A stretch of 64,000 nucleotides of DNA from Aplysia californica. Taxonomy: Eukaryota. The position numbers and the translations under genes are program-made. The notes beneath the pieces are model-generated. The model saw only the letters and a program-made list of their open reading frames with translations. It was not told where the DNA came from and searched no databases. Numbering within the stretch: position 1 is the first letter of the stretch; each line of letters opens with the position of its first letter. Below are positions 1 to 13,959 of this stretch, piece by piece. The stretch spans positions 1,073,137 to 1,137,136 of the forward strand of contig NW_004797359.1 in the NCBI RefSeq assembly GCF_000002075.1. Reading direction: 5' to 3'.

Positions 1-505
1 CCTCTCATTCAAAGGTCCCGGGTTCGATTCCGGGTAGCGACCAAAAAATTTTCTTCTCTAAAATTGTCTCCTTTCACCTCCTTTCCTGATCTCTAACAAT
101 GTTCTGTTGTCTGCTTTCATTTCCACTTTCTGCCCCCACCCCCTCACCTCCTTTGCTCCCTCCTCTGGGCTCCTGACTCTTTCTGCAGCCTTTCTACTGC
201 TACTCCTTGGCTCCTCCTAACTGCTGTCTTTCTGCCACACCCCTGATCTTCTGGTAGGAAAGATCTACACCTAGCCTTCTCGGACAAGGGCGAAAAATCT
301 CGGAGGTCCCGTGTGCAAGTTGCGCACGTTAAAGATCCCTTGGTGGTCTAAAATCGATAAGAGTAGGCTTCGGCCGCCACCCGGGCAAAATTCAAAATTT
401 CCTACCAACGAAAAGGTATTAGGTGTGTCCCGCGCGCTCATATGACCTTATGCAGTTGCGAGCGCCGTAAAACCCTATACTAAACTCTAAACAACAAACA
501 AACAA
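1..505 (+). mobile_element. tRNA-derived SINE with Deu/Nin-like central domain (5' end cut by window edge), inserted in a CAGGG element
   Basis: B box GGTTCGATTCC; near-identical to 58245-58775; stem-loop tail followed by (AAAC)n. Confidence 0.9.
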
Positions 506-1806
506 GTATAGTCTTCAAACAATAGATGAATATAATACTGGGTGACTGCCAAACCAGCTTCTCAATTTTCCAAGGGAGGGGCCTCATTCATTTTCTAGGA
601 ACACGTTACATAACAATGAAAGCGTGTGCTCCATTTATATCTAATATAATACATGTATATGTTTGTCTTGTGAATACACACACACATGTAGGTACATTAT
701 ATCCAGTCAACAACACGTCAGTGTGGCACTGGGATCTTGAGAGACTTTGGTATTTCAATCTGTTCTTACTTATTTATATTTTCCCATCATCATATTAGCC
801 AACATAAACCATAGGCCTATATATTAAAAAAATGAATCCTGTTTTGAGCCTGAAAAAAGACCTAGAACTAGAAAATCGACTGTCAATAACCAGTCTGGGT
901 GTCACGATTCATATAATAAACGTGAAGACGAAAACCATTGCTGCAACTCAAAAAGTAGAGTAATAACTAGAATGGCTCAAGTACACCTATTCAGTGTGAG
1001 AGGTGTAAGAACTGGGGGGGGGGGGGGCGCGCAAGATGCAGTGACACTAAAAATCTGCCAATCTTGAACAGAAAGCTAATAAAATATAGATATAAATTAC
1101 AATCACCCCATCCAATGAAACACGAACACTTTAATTCAATAACAAGGCATGACTGATCCTGATTCCACACAAGGCCTGCACCAACGCGCGCTTTGCAGAG
1201 AGCTCTAAAGTAGTAATCAAAATGCTAAAAAAAAAAATTTGCTTCCAAGTTCAGTTTTTGTCCTCTAGCGTTGCCTTCAGCTCCCCCCCCCCTTCCACGA
1301 GTGTATCTTATAAAGGAGTCCTATACTTCACAACGCTCAGACCGCCGGTACTCACAGGTTCATTGACCGGTCACGAGGGCGAACCAGTCAAGACACTTGT
1401 ATAAGTTCTTTTTCTTTTTTTTTTCCCCACAAGCGACAGCAGAGGGCAATTTTTAATATTGATTTATTTTCAAGGCCACACAGCGTTCGTAATGCACAAC
1501 CTGCATGTTACAAATGTTGCGTTATCTATCAGACTATTACCGGAAAATTTCTGGGCGGTAACGAAAGCAGATCTTGATTCTTCCCGATCGAGCCTCGGTG
1601 TCACACATACTTCCGTCACAGCGGTTCAATTACGTTTCCTCTTAAGGCTTATTAAGGATTCATCAACCATACAGTCTAGATAGCTCCACATTACACAGGC
1701 CCTATACTTTCCCGACTTACCGACCCATTACAAAATTCCCGACTTTTCCCGACCTATCTAAAAATTCCCGACTTTTTCCCGATTTCCCAACCCTGTGGGG
1801 ACCCTG
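506..1806 (-). mobile_element. Non-autonomous DNA transposon, CAGGG-terminal family (copy A, interrupted by the SINE)
   Basis: Reverse complement of ~29707-31010; terminus GTGGGGACCCTG; subterminal TTCCCGAC repeats. Confidence 0.9.
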
Positions 1807-2302
1807 CTAGTTGTGCTTCAATTAGAGTGTGCTGGTATGGGGTACATGCCTTGACAGAAAACACGATACGTGCCGGTATGGGGTACATGTCATGACATGC
1901 GTCAAGTCTCATTTAGGGGTCTTCTTTATACACTATCTGACTAAAAACTTCACCCCACACCGACAGGAAAGGCTGGCCTCTCAACGAAACGAAATTTTGG
2001 GTCGATGTATTTGAAAGAGCCGAAGTTATGGTAGATTTCTAATACAAAAGTTCACTTCCGGAAATAGTCATCACAAAACACTAAGGCACTAAGGTGTCGG
2101 TATGCCGTACAGGGGCTCTAGTCTAGACATCTTGATCTAGATATATCTAGATCTAGATTCTAGTCGTTTAGAACCAGAAGTAATCGTTGGTGGGGTCAAA
2201 ACGAGTATCCCTGAACAGGACCGCAATTGTACAGAGGGTAGAGGCACAACTACTTCAACTAGATCTAGATTAGATCTAGATCTAGATATCTAGGCTAGGC
2301 TG

Positions 2303-3468
2303 GATTGTACTTTACCGGACCACCCGTCTCGGTCCGTGATTACTACGCACACCTGGCCTAACTACGCTCTCATAGTCATAGTACTCTGCGTGCGGACAAA
2401 AGGTAGTTCCGCGGGCGACTTCGCGCACGCACAGCGCAAGCCAGCGGCAACTGGCGAGGCGAGGTGAGCGAGAGTTGGTGGTTGAGAGTGGGCAGGGGAT
2501 TTAACTTTGGTGGACCATGGTGTATCATACTCATACCAACAGTGGGGAGGGGGAGGGGGGGTTTAGGGGGGGCTTGCCCCCCTGGAAACTATAATAAAGA
2601 AAACACACAAAAATGCGAAACAATAACATGAGCGGACAGTCGTGTTTACATATGTATGTAACAACAGTGGGGGGGGGGGGGGGTGTGGTTTCAGGGGGGC
2701 TACCCCCCTGGCAACAATAATTTAAGGCCGGCACTATTTCTCCGAACGTTCGGGAAAAATAAAGCTGGGCACTATTTCTCCGAACGTTCGGGAAAATAAA
2801 GCTGGGCACTATTTCTCCGAACGTTCAGGAAAATAAAGCTGGGCACTATTTCTCCGAACACACTGAAATATCATCCTTTCCCCAAAATTTCGGATATTAT
2901 ATAGAGATCTATAATTATAGTATAGGCCTACCAAAGATTGTTCGTATACAATATGGTTCAATCGGTCCCAAAAATGTCCGCCGTAAATATTTATATAAAG
3001 AAATGCTACAATTCCAAACAGTTTTTCGCTATAGATATGACGTGTTGCCTATGAAGGGTACTGCTTTTAAACTAAACGTAATGTGTTGTGTTCACTCGTG
3101 TGCTGTCTAGATCTAGATCTACGGAGGGTTATTGATAACGACACATAGAACTGGCATCTGCGTTTGTCACTGCTGCGACCAATGTACTGACACTGGCAAG
3201 CCCCTTAATGTGTGTGATTCCATAATTTACATGTAATATCCTGTACTTTTTTAAAAATTACGCACATTTAGGGTTAAAACTGCCAATCTTCTTCGGATAG
3301 GTGGACACACGCCCTTATTTGTTAATGTTTGTTGTTGTTTATGGGCTGTTCTAATTTTGATTTCTTTCTGTTGTGAAACCTTTCTTTTTCACGTTTTTAC
3401 ACTCATCTAAAAATCTCATCTAGACTAGCTGTTGAAAATTGAAATAGATATAGACCCAAAAATTTGCT

Positions 3469-3502
<34 letters not shown>

Positions 3503-4716
3503 TGTTTGAGTGTGTCTGTGTGTGGTAGTAAGTGGAGAGTGAGGAGTGTGTGTGTGTGTTTGTTTGTTTTTCGGGCTTTATTTCAGCCTTTATTCAGTAA
3601 CAGTTCAAAGTATACAAAAATAGAAACACAGGATCCATTCACTCCAGGACTCATGAGTCATTCGTCTCTTTCAGTTTCACTCTTCAATTCAATTCCCGTG
3701 TTCTCTCCCGCGGCTCATCCCCGTCCGCATGACTTTCATACCCCACCCCATCCCTCCAGGCACACACAAAGAAAATCTCACTTGTTCCCTGCGAACCATG
3801 GACAATAATATAGGCAAAACACCGCCTGAGCTACATTCCTTTTGTTCGTGAGCTGTGGACCAGGCCAGGGGTGGTCAGTGTCGTCGTCTTGTAGTTGCTG
3901 TCGCCTGTGGATACACTCGCACATTCTTCCTTTCACCCGCTCTTTCACTCACACTGTCTCTCCATCCACAGTTCAGCTCGTCATACGTTCAAAAGTTGCC
4001 CACTAGTTATGTTTAGTTAGTGTGTGTACATGTGCATGATGGTGGTGGGTGTGTGGTGGGTGTTACTGAAGTTTGTCTGTAGGCGGGCTTGCCATGCGGT
4101 ACGTGTTCCTTCCCAGACCAGAGGCTGAATGAAAGTTGGCGCCGAACTCTCGCAATAAATAGGCAAAAAATCACGAGACCGGAAGCCGAAAACCGTTCGG
4201 AGAAATAAAGATCGGCACTATTTCTCCGAACGTTCGGAGAAATAGTCACTTCGATAATTTAAAGACACTCACACACACATATTATAAACAATAACATGAG
4301 CGGACAATCGGGGTAGATACTCGCCAAGTTGCGAGCAGGGCCGAGGGGGTTGCAATTATGCAAATGAGCTCTCGTGTGCATCTTTAGCCCTCCATTGTAC
4401 TTTGCCGGACCAGGAGTAGGCCTAGCCTAGGCTAGGCCAGGCCAGCAGTTGCAAGCAAATAAGAATAGTGGACCACGTGATTAGATTGACCAATTAGCCT
4501 CAAGATGTCAGGGTCATGGGTCAAAGGGCACGGTCGTGATGACTGAAAAACCCGGTAAGAGACGTCAGTCGATTGCTGGCAGTTGAAGAGTGAGGACGTA
4601 GAAAACTGAGTAGGAGAGTGAGTAGGGGAGCTCGGAAACCAAGAATAGCGGGCCACTGGGCACCAGGGGCGCCATAGCGAAAGTAGTTCCGACCGGTGGT
4701 CCGGTAAAGTACAATC
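2303..4716. mobile_element. TIR element (GATTGTACTTTACCGGACCACC), unclassified
   Basis: 22-bp inverted repeats; extra internal left-end copy at ~4395; no TSD seen. Confidence 0.55.
2726..4253. mobile_element. MULE/Foldback-like element with tandem palindromic subterminal repeats
   Basis: 9-bp TSD ATAATTTAA (2717-25 / 4254-62); 37-bp units x3.5 at 2730-2859; perfect 30-bp palindrome at 4217-4246. Confidence 0.75.
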
Positions 4717-4813
4717 TTACCGATATCTAGATCTAGATCTAGATATCTAGAAAAATCTAGATCTAGATCTAGATCGATCTAGATTATAGGTCTAGAGAAT
4801 AATACTACCTACG

Positions 4814-5023
4814 GGAGGACTTTCGTAACTAGCGACCACTATAGACTATGAGACAGAGCAGAATTGAGGGCAGCTAGGGATATGGGTAGATCTAGAATCT
4901 AGGAGTAGGGGTAGATCTAGGAGGGGTAGGGGTAGGGGTAGGGTTAGGCCTCTTCTTTATTCTTTATATTATATTATTGATTGTGTTTGTTGATGGGGTG
5001 GTCGCTCCTTACGAAGTCCTTCC
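4814..5023 (+). mobile_element. Small MITE (TIR GGAGGACTTTCGTAAC..GACCAC) with GGGGTA/GGGTTA repeats
   Basis: Imperfect TIRs; paralog at 18545-20460. Confidence 0.75.
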
Positions 5024-6950
5024 AAAAATAATCATCAGTGACTAGATATCTAGATCTAGATCCTACCTGAGAATCTAGAGTGGTAGATCTTACCACTACA
5101 ACATCAACAATCGCCAACAAGTTTAAGCCAGAGGTCGAGCTTCAGGCGATCGGCGGATCAGCGGGACCCGGACCGGTAGGCTGCTTCGAGTAGCTTATTC
5201 TATTGAGCATTGGTCGGTGTCACCGCGTCACAATCGCTATCTAACGAACTAACAAAACAGCTCAATAGCACCATTCCTACTAACGCCACAATCACAAGCA
5301 AACAAAGAATGCATCTGAGAGCAATGAGCCCTGACGAAGGCCAAAGAAGAAAACAAATATCGTTGGGGACCAAACAATAAAGACATTAGGCCTGTAGACT
5401 CTAGCAAAGACTCAAAATGGCGGAAGTCCGAGGCCGAGATGTCTCCCCCATGCAAAGACAAACAAGACTAATCTAGATCTAGCTTCCGCCATAAACCCCT
5501 ACACAGTCCCAAAATATAAAAAGCACATAATATGTATAACTTACCGATCGAGTAGAAATATTTACTAGGCGATTTATGCAAAACACAGCATGGTACTTCT
5601 TCCCAACAATCACAGACGAGGACGCCCAAGCCGACCTACTTACTAATTCAGGCAGACCGCACACATGTCAGGTTCAGCAGAGGTTACCCGCTAAGTAAAT
5701 AATAACAACATTATTTCCACCCATTGATTCAGTCTTTTTTTTTTTTTGTCCGATTACGAAACGCAATATTTTTTGTCAAATGTGGTGTTGTTCACGTTAA
5801 AGAATAAACAAATTTCAATGAGAATGCAATGCAAACTCATTTTTGTCAAGTCTACTTGATAACCCCTGCAAATTGTAACTGCAATGTGTCACTATTGAAT
5901 CATCGTTATTCTCAGGTTTTACGCTGGGCTCGGAATCATGCATACACCGTATATCAATCGTTTGATTGTTTTTTGTAAACAAAATCCATAAAAGGGTTTG
6001 TCAAATTGTCACAGGTATAGCCATGTTGACGGACAGCAGATACATAGCTTAATAATGGATATGTGAGGGATTCGTGAACTTTAAAAAAATTATAATATAT
6101 TCCTATCGGTGATCTCGAACAAAACCATATATCTGCAAAACAGCGAAGAAAAAGAAAGTTTGGGGGCTCAAATACTCTTGCCCTAAGTTCTACATTATGT
6201 TGACAGGGGTAGGTATAGACAAGAAGAATGCTCCTATTTCACAGTCTTTGTATTCATAAGTTGGTGGCCATGGGCCTTTTGGTTGATCCAATATTGTGTG
6301 TGGAGGGTGGGAGCGGGGGGCATGTCTAAATAATATTAAAATTTACATATTAATCGATTATAACTTTTTTTAAAATAATGTTGAAATTGTTATCAGTTTG
6401 TTTGATTACTTCTCGAGCTGCTCTTCATTTACTGAGGGAGGCTGTGAAGTTTTGTTCCCCGAATTCTAAATCCATGGACATAGGCCCCTAATAGCATTGT
6501 GAATTCAACGAAACTAAAAGGACAAACAGTTTAACGCCAACTTGGCAATATCCGGAAATAATTGTCTGTAGTACGCATGCGCAGACTTTCTTGGGCTGCC
6601 GTGAGATACTTTTTGAAACCCCCATAACCAGAGAAGTTGGGGCCAAGGCAAGGATGTGTGGCTTGGGACTTGGGGGTTGAAGAAGGTTACACGCAACTAA
6701 AAAGAATGCGGTTATCGTCCGCATTTAAGAAAAATAAAATAATAAACATGGTGCCAATTTTTCAGAATTGGTGACCAGGTTCACCGAAACCTTGATTGGT
6801 ATTTTTTTACTTTCCCTCCCGTCTCACACTCAGCTACCAGTTGTCTATTTTCTACTAAATATTGATGCGCTGAACTGAACACGAATATCAACTTCATTTC
6901 CGTCGCAAATTAATGGTTTTTGAAATATTTGATTGTTTTTAACCGAGATA

Positions 6951-7155
6951 GACATGCTTTGGACCAATCGGGGGGTTCGAGGGGGGCCTGCCCCACTGGG
7001 ATAAAAGAAAATCTGGGGGGTTACAGGGGGGGGGGGGGGCATGCCCCCCTGTTTTTACACCCATAATTTGATATTTTACAGTTAGATTTGAAATTGTCTT
7101 GAAAATAATTGATTTGCGACAGTTTTAGTGGCTTTATGTGTGATCTGCAGCAAAC
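6951..7155 (+). repeat. Dispersed repeat; its inverted paralog is split across 16853-16928, 20628-20665 and 21575-21671
   Basis: Direct sequence comparison. Confidence 0.8.
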
Positions 7156-7799
7156 AGTACAGCAGTTTGACCCCTGAAACAGTGCATCTGTGTGCGGGAG
7201 TGAAAGTAAAAATTTACCCCTTGATTTGGCCCCTCTTAAATGCTTTTCATTACCATGTAGATCTACTGGTATAGATCTACTGCAGTGGCGTTTTGTGGGG
7301 TGAGGCTTGCAGCTTCAGCCCCACTTAGTTTTCTTCCCCAAAAAGTTAGATCTACTTCTCTGACTGACTTTTTAAAAATCGAAACAAAACCTTTCACAAA
7401 AAAATATAATAACGCATTTCGATTTTCTAAAAGTAAAAGCGAAACTTCACGAACACCCAGACGAAACTTCTGAAACATTAACTTGAAAATTGATCTGATT
7501 GGTCTGGGTACCAACTAATACTACCAGAACTACTACTATCTAGATAGTTCCGTCCAAGATCGGCTCTCCTTCGCTGTTGGGGAGAATAAAATATCATTGG
7601 TTTGTCGTTTAGGCCCCGGTGCTTATGTTCGGAAGGTTCCCACTTACTGAATATCACTGGGGTCTGGACTTTACGTGGCTCAAGGCCGAGACAAAGCAAC
7701 TGTACAAAGTAAAGACACAATGATATTCAGTCTGTCTGGTGGTTCAAGCGGCTCGAGGGCTGAAGCCACACTGTGTCTCGTGATTAGGCAGGGTGCGCT

Positions 7800-7840
7800 C
7801 ACAGAATTCTACTACTAAGTAGTAAGTGTAGAATTCTGTG
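7800..7840. mobile_element. 41-bp minimal TIR element (P-element/hAT-like)
   Basis: TIR CACAGAATTCTAC; perfect 8-bp TSD GGTGCGCT. Confidence 0.8.
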
Positions 7841-8099
7841 GGTGCGCTTGACTTGACACCATATTTGTACACCCTCAGGGCTTCAGGTGAGGCGCCTCGG
7901 CTTCAGGCCAATGCGTAGACTGAACACACCCCCACCCCCTTTTTTCCATTGGCTTTCTGTGTGCTCTCTGGTTACAATTTACTTTTTCATCCTCTGTTGC
8001 CGTAAAGTGGGTAAAGCGTCGAGGCGAGATGCACTTTTCTATGGTAGGAGCTCGCGGCTCTTTCAGTTGTGATATTATGTTTTCTCAGGGTTTCCTAGA

Positions 8100-8712
8100 C
8101 CCTCGATCCACCTTTTGCGTGGCCTTCCTCTTCCTTTATAGCCTGAGACTATGAGTGCTTGGTGTTGTTGTAGTCTTTTTTTTTTTTGTCCATGGAGATG
8201 TTTGGATGAGATAGGAGGGGTGCGCGCCGGTGGGTGACAGCGTTGGCCTTTTGAGTTCGCATTTCTATTTCTCTGTCAATGGACCCGTTTTCAGAAAAAG
8301 TACTGCCGAGATATTTAAGCTCCTTAACCTGTTTCAGTTGTTTATTATTGACATGGATGTTCAGGGGACTACGGTTTCGGCTCACTTTCATAACTTAAGT
8401 TTTTTATATGTTTATTTTCATGTTAAATTTCTCGCAACTGTTATTCGGTTCGGTAGGTGATTTTGGAGGCTTTGTTGGTTTGGGTGAACAAGACATTGGT
8501 CGTCTGTGAATAGAAGTTCATATAGGTTTTTTCTTTTGCTTTGGTTTGCGTCTTGCATTATTGTGTCCATGTATATTATCAACATAGGTGGATAGATAGA
8601 ACGCATCGCCCTACGTCGTACTCCAGATCTTACTTTGAACCAGTCTGTGCCTTCCTCTGTTCTTACTGATCTCTTCTGTTGGTGTATAGAGCTCTGACAT
8701 TATCTAACATTT
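8100..8712 (-). pseudogene. Decayed non-LTR retrotransposon (RTE-like) reverse-transcriptase fragment
   Basis: WFKVRSGVR, LLFTDD (YADD-like), KYLGSTFSENGSIDREIEMR and terminal GRGRPRKRW motifs, with frameshifts and a deletion. Confidence 0.8.
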
Positions 8713-10655
8713 GGTTAAACCATATTAAGTTTAATATAATGATTTCCATGGCCTAAGATTGTGCACGTGACAGGAATGAAATTTTGAGCGTGTGTTTAGT
8801 TCTAGGCCTAAGGCCTAGGTTCAGTTTTATTCTGGATTATGGAGACCGGACAAACAATAATAAAGCAAGCACCGTTGTATTGTATCAATGAGTTGGAGAA
8901 GTTGTAAATTGGAATCTAATGTTTGTTTTAAATACAGCAATGTTTCATGTATAATACTTATTAGAAATTCTCTTTGGTTCTTTATTACGTGAAGCTAAGC
9001 TCACTGTCAAGAGACTGAGACCACATCAAACAGCAACATTTTTACATCCAGTTGTGGATGGGTAGCAAACGATATATTTTAATCATGAATGGTTCTTCTT
9101 GAAGGATGCACCATTCAACAAAAACGTCACCGGCAAATTGGCTCAACATAAAAACCAAAGGACATTAATCATATAATCTACATGTATAAAGACACATTGG
9201 TGAGCAATTGCAGTTTCTTTATACTCAGTCAAATTCACTCTCTTTGATCGGCACACGTTCTATTTCCGGAAACTGTACCCTTACGTAGGCTTACCCTATT
9301 ACGGTCTCTGGGCTTATCTATTCTGGAAGAAATATTTCTCTACAACATTACTGCACGCAAAGATGCAAGACTGGTGAATACGCTGAAAAAAGAAAACACA
9401 TTAGGCCTATAATAATTCTCAGTTTTCATTGCTTGCTTTGGGAAAATTTTGGAAGGATATTTTCTCAGTTCCGTGCTTTCGTTATTGTGAACCACAACTA
9501 TTTCATGTTTGTCACGTTGGTTTGGCTTTTTTTTTTTTTTATTCTTCAAGAGATAACAATTTGTTCCACTAAAAAAGAAAGGAAAAATAATTAGTAAATA
9601 AATATTAAATGTTATAAATAACTCCAACTGAACAAGAACTACCCCCGCCCCCCAGCTCTTTTTTTCCTTTTCACCTGGACAGATTTGGATTGAAAAGACA
9701 AATTGCATCATCATTAACCCATATCACTTATAAGAGCTTACTTGATCTAGTACTAATACATGTACACAACTCATGAGTCATCGTGGGCGTCACAAGGGGG
9801 TTGATGGAACTGGAATTTAAAACTATGATCTCGAAACAGTTGGGTCTGGTCGTCGATATGAGCAAAGATGGAGATTGGGGCGGGATTACGGATGCTATTG
9901 CTTTAAAATTAAATATATTGATTTTGTTGTCCAAATCTATTTCCAATCTATGTTAAGTACTTTAATTTTGGTAAAGTTATTTGTTTTGGGTTGTTGTTGT
10001 TTTTTCAAAAGTTAGCCTGAAAAGCAAATTTTAATTTCGAATCTACCGTGGAAAAACGAGGCTCTCAAGTGCAGCAAGTATGGCCTCAAGCTGACAGACT
10101 AATACACGTTATGCTATTTTTCTATTATGCGTTGATCATCATTTGTGGTTTTGGATATCGCGATGAAAGAAGTGGGTAAGGTCTGAGAGCGTTCAGCTTG
10201 CACAAACCAGCCAAAACATCAATAATATAAGCCTTTCTCACTCAGTGCCGGAGGCCACCAACATCAAATCAATCAGCATATCATCTAGGCCTACAAACTT
10301 CTGTATAGGGCATAGGGCCTGTCTGTCTCCACCTCTATGCAACCATATTCCATTTCCCAGAAGTCCGAATCTAAGTCCCTCTTTGAAATACATGTACTAT
10401 TTAGGCCTTCCACTTTCACTCTGACTAAAACAGCGCCCAAAAAATGGATAGCTGATATTGATAGCTAGCTCTATATCATAAATTATCACCTTCCTCTTTC
10501 TCTTTCCCTGTGAATTTCATCAAAAAATAATACATGTATCACGTAAATTAAAATACCAATATTTAGCCATAGATCTATACGTCGGGTAGGTTGTAAGAGG
10601 GTCGAGCTTGCCGTGACCAAACTCTGAGATCACCCATGTCTAATGTACATTTTAA

Positions 10656-11367
10656 AAAAAGGGGGGGGGGGGGGGGGCTACACCTGAAGGCTATCTCGCT
10701 TATTACTGGACCGAATTTTACAAAATTTCGCATCTATAACAAAATTAGTAAGCAGTCTTAAAATCCGCAATCAAATTTGAGAAAAAAAAGTTTCGTTTCC
10801 ATGGATACAGCGACCATATTGGATTTTGCTGGCATGTCTTACGTAATGAATACTGCACTTATTGCTCTTGGAAATTGATTTTTTTTTTTTTTTGCATTCG
10901 TGTTTACAAACCTTAGATCTAACAATTTGTCTGTTGTTTTTTTCCTAAACGAATTAGAAAATCTGTAATGAATTTTTTCCTGAGGTAGTATTCAAGTTTG
11001 CAAAAAATCCGTGAAAATCCGTAAATCTATTCCTTATATCAAAAATTCAATAGACAAATTAGTATTACATCTTCTGTTCATTCTGTGAAAGTTTCGTGAA
11101 GATTGGGTGAAAAATGGTGGAGTTATTAAAAAAAGTATGGAGGAAAGTCGCGTTTTGAGAAAACTACGGTCAATAAAGAGAAATAAAATATTGACTTTAT
11201 GAGGAAATGGTGGGGATAAACATGCCCGGGTTTGGAAAAAGTAAGGTTTTGGGGGGTTCTTATGCGATGAAATAGTTGTAGGAGAGCCCGAAGAAGCTAA
11301 AAATGCCTACAACTCAAATTTCATAATTTTGAGTGGATCTTGACTTTGGGGGGTGTAGCCCTCCCCC
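10656..11367. mobile_element. Kolobok-like non-autonomous element
   Basis: TTAA..GGGG(n)CTACACC and GGTGTAGCCCTCCCCC-TTAA ends (purine termini, TTAA target). Confidence 0.7.
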
Positions 11368-12624
11368 CTTAACAATGGCCGCTTCCTTTAGAAAATGAAA
11401 AGTTTAGCCTCGTGGACTTTTACCATACTAGTAAATGTAGTCCCTTTTTCAATTTTCAATTTAACCGCCTGTACGGCTCTTAGAACAGATTACAATTATG
11501 TATTTTTGTCGAGGGCTACCCGGGAGGGGGATTTTGAAAGTGCTCTCGTTATTTTTTTTTTCATTTTGCATGCCAACGGTTTTCCATAAGCAAGCGTGTG
11601 TGCATACCGTTTAACTCGCATTTTCACAGAGCTAGGTCCATACCTTAACTATAGCACGAACTAAAATAATATTAATAGCTTTATACCCGTCATATAATAT
11701 TTTAAAGAAGTTAGGCCTATTCAATTACAACCAAATTTAAATGCTGTTCTGTCTGTTGTAGTAAATGTAGTAAGAAAGCCAAGTTAAGTAGGCTACTCTA
11801 CAACCTCCTGTTTTATACATACAGTGAGTATATAGTATGACGGCATAGGCTGTCTTAATACCATACTCATACTAAAATTGTATATGTAAGCAGTCTGTAT
11901 ATATTCGAGTTATTGGTTGGCTTTTTCACTTTTAAAACATGAGGCACACATGTATTTGCTTTCAGTATATCTATGAACTCATGTTTATAACCTCATAACA
12001 AGTTTAACAGTTTTAAACATATGTAGGATATTATAATTACATCTGATGCCAAATATTCCACAGAAGTAAAATGAAAAATTGTAATGGGTTAGGCAAGTCA
12101 TGTCAATAAAATGAGCCTAATCATGGGGGAAAATAGAGAAACATCTTGCAGTGACTACCAAAATGAAAGTTCTGTAATTGAAATCCTAAGTATGGTCAAC
12201 CCTTCTATAGAGCTGTGAATGCTGGACAATCACTGAACACATTGAATTTAAATACAATGTACAAGCAATAGAAACGTGGTTTTTTAGGAGACTGTTGAGA
12301 ATATCTTGGAAGTAAAAGAAATCCGATGAAGTAGTACTTGAAGAAGTCAACGTGGAGCGATCTCTGATTAAAATAATACGGAAAAAATGCACTTTTTGGA
12401 CACATGAATAGGCATAAAAGCCTCGAGCATATAGATCTAGCTCTCATTGGCAACATTGGAGGCAACCGAGACAGGACTGTAGCCTCAGACAATGTACTTA
12501 TGGAGAGCCTAAACAGAAGGGTGACGGGGAAAGATCAGGATAATGTAGCTTTTTTGAGAGCATCCGAGCTAAGGAATATAAAGGGAGAACCATGTTCGCC
12601 AATGACTGTCGCACATCTGACTCT

Positions 12625-12625
<1 letters not shown>

Positions 12626-12688
<63 letters not shown>
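12626..12688. repeat. (GAT)n microsatellite
   Basis: Direct; source of the spurious poly-D/H/S ORFs. Confidence 0.98.
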
Positions 12689-12691
<3 letters not shown>

Positions 12692-12701
12692 TCACATCTT
12701 A

Positions 12702-13440
12702 GGGCGAAAACATAGAGAACGCCGAAACATGAGCCGCTGAAGATCGACGCGGACAGGCGCCAGTGGGTGTCTGCTTGACTCCACATTGAGGGCGCCAAAA
12801 GCCTAGATTTAGATATAAGAAAACATTACACCACAACACAGCTGGTATCTATATGAAGCATTTATTTGGGGATTAAAAAACCTCGAAATTCCTAAAAAAA
12901 TATTGCTTATAATGTAATTCTGTTTTCATGTCACCCTAACTTGACGATGCTGATTTCAAAAATGTAATTAGTTTTTGTCTACCGTGAAGCTCCAGCTCTG
13001 AAATGGCCATTTAAAATTGTCCCCTGTCCAGTGGGGGTCACGCAAACCGCTCAACCCGAGTTGGCGACGGCGAGACGGCGAGATGGCATTGAAAGTTCGC
13101 GACCTCAGTGCTTTCTTGTCGCATCTCCATTTTTCATAATCGTGAAAGCAGTTCACAGCAAATAGTGAGCTTAAGAAGAAGTCTCATTTATACTGTTCAA
13201 AAATTGAGATACGACAAGAAAGCACTGCGGTCGCGAGTTGACAGCGAGACGCCCTTCCCATTTTTTCGGCGTACTAATGTAGTTTGGATTCCGATAAAGT
13301 CGACAACGCCGATCCGAGCTTAAAGCCGCCTGTAGTCTGCCAGCTTTATGTGGGGCAAGAGGGAAATCACAATGGAATTTTTATACCTATCGGCATTACT
13401 AAGTCAGTCTCCGAAATCGGCGTTCTCTATGTTTTCGCCC
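12702..13440. mobile_element. PIF/Harbinger-type MITE
   Basis: 24-bp perfect TIR GGGCGAAAACATAGAGAACGCCGA; TTA TSD; internal inverted repeat at ~13097-13240. Confidence 0.85.
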
Positions 13441-13959
13441 TTATGCCTGAGTTTTACTTTGACTCCTTAGGCTACTGTCCCTACCACAAAAGTCACCTTG
13501 ACCCGTCACTAATTGCAACCGAATTTCTGTTTGCTGTAAACTATATATTGTGATGCTAAGATAACACTGCACAAAATTATTTTAAAAAATCGGGTTAGGC
13601 ATTATGGTGTTATTAGGCCTTCAATGACGTCACAATAACATAACATACATAGGATAAGTAATACTTAACACAACCCCGTCGTGTCGCATCTCATATTAAA
13701 AAGCATTAAATATTGTCTTTTTAATTAGAGCTACACTTGAGATTATTTATGACCAGAGCGGGCTATTTGCGGATATCGATAAGTTACATTAAGTGTGACA
13801 CTCAGTCAATAAGACAATATATAATTAGAAAGACACTATTTCATTGACATGAAATACATAAATACATGTAGTGTAGTGGCACGTGGGACAAGTTAAAATG
13901 CGTTAATAAACATATTATATCTACTACATTGTACTTCACAATAAGAAAAGTGGGCTAAC

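Noticed and set aside
2730-2859. CRISPR-like palindromic repeat array
   Set aside because: The units are head-to-tail with no unique spacers, lie inside a TSD-flanked element, and the context is eukaryotic with no cas genes.
12404-12798. Poly-Asp/His/Ser ORFs
   Set aside because: Translations of a (GAT)n microsatellite running into a MITE.
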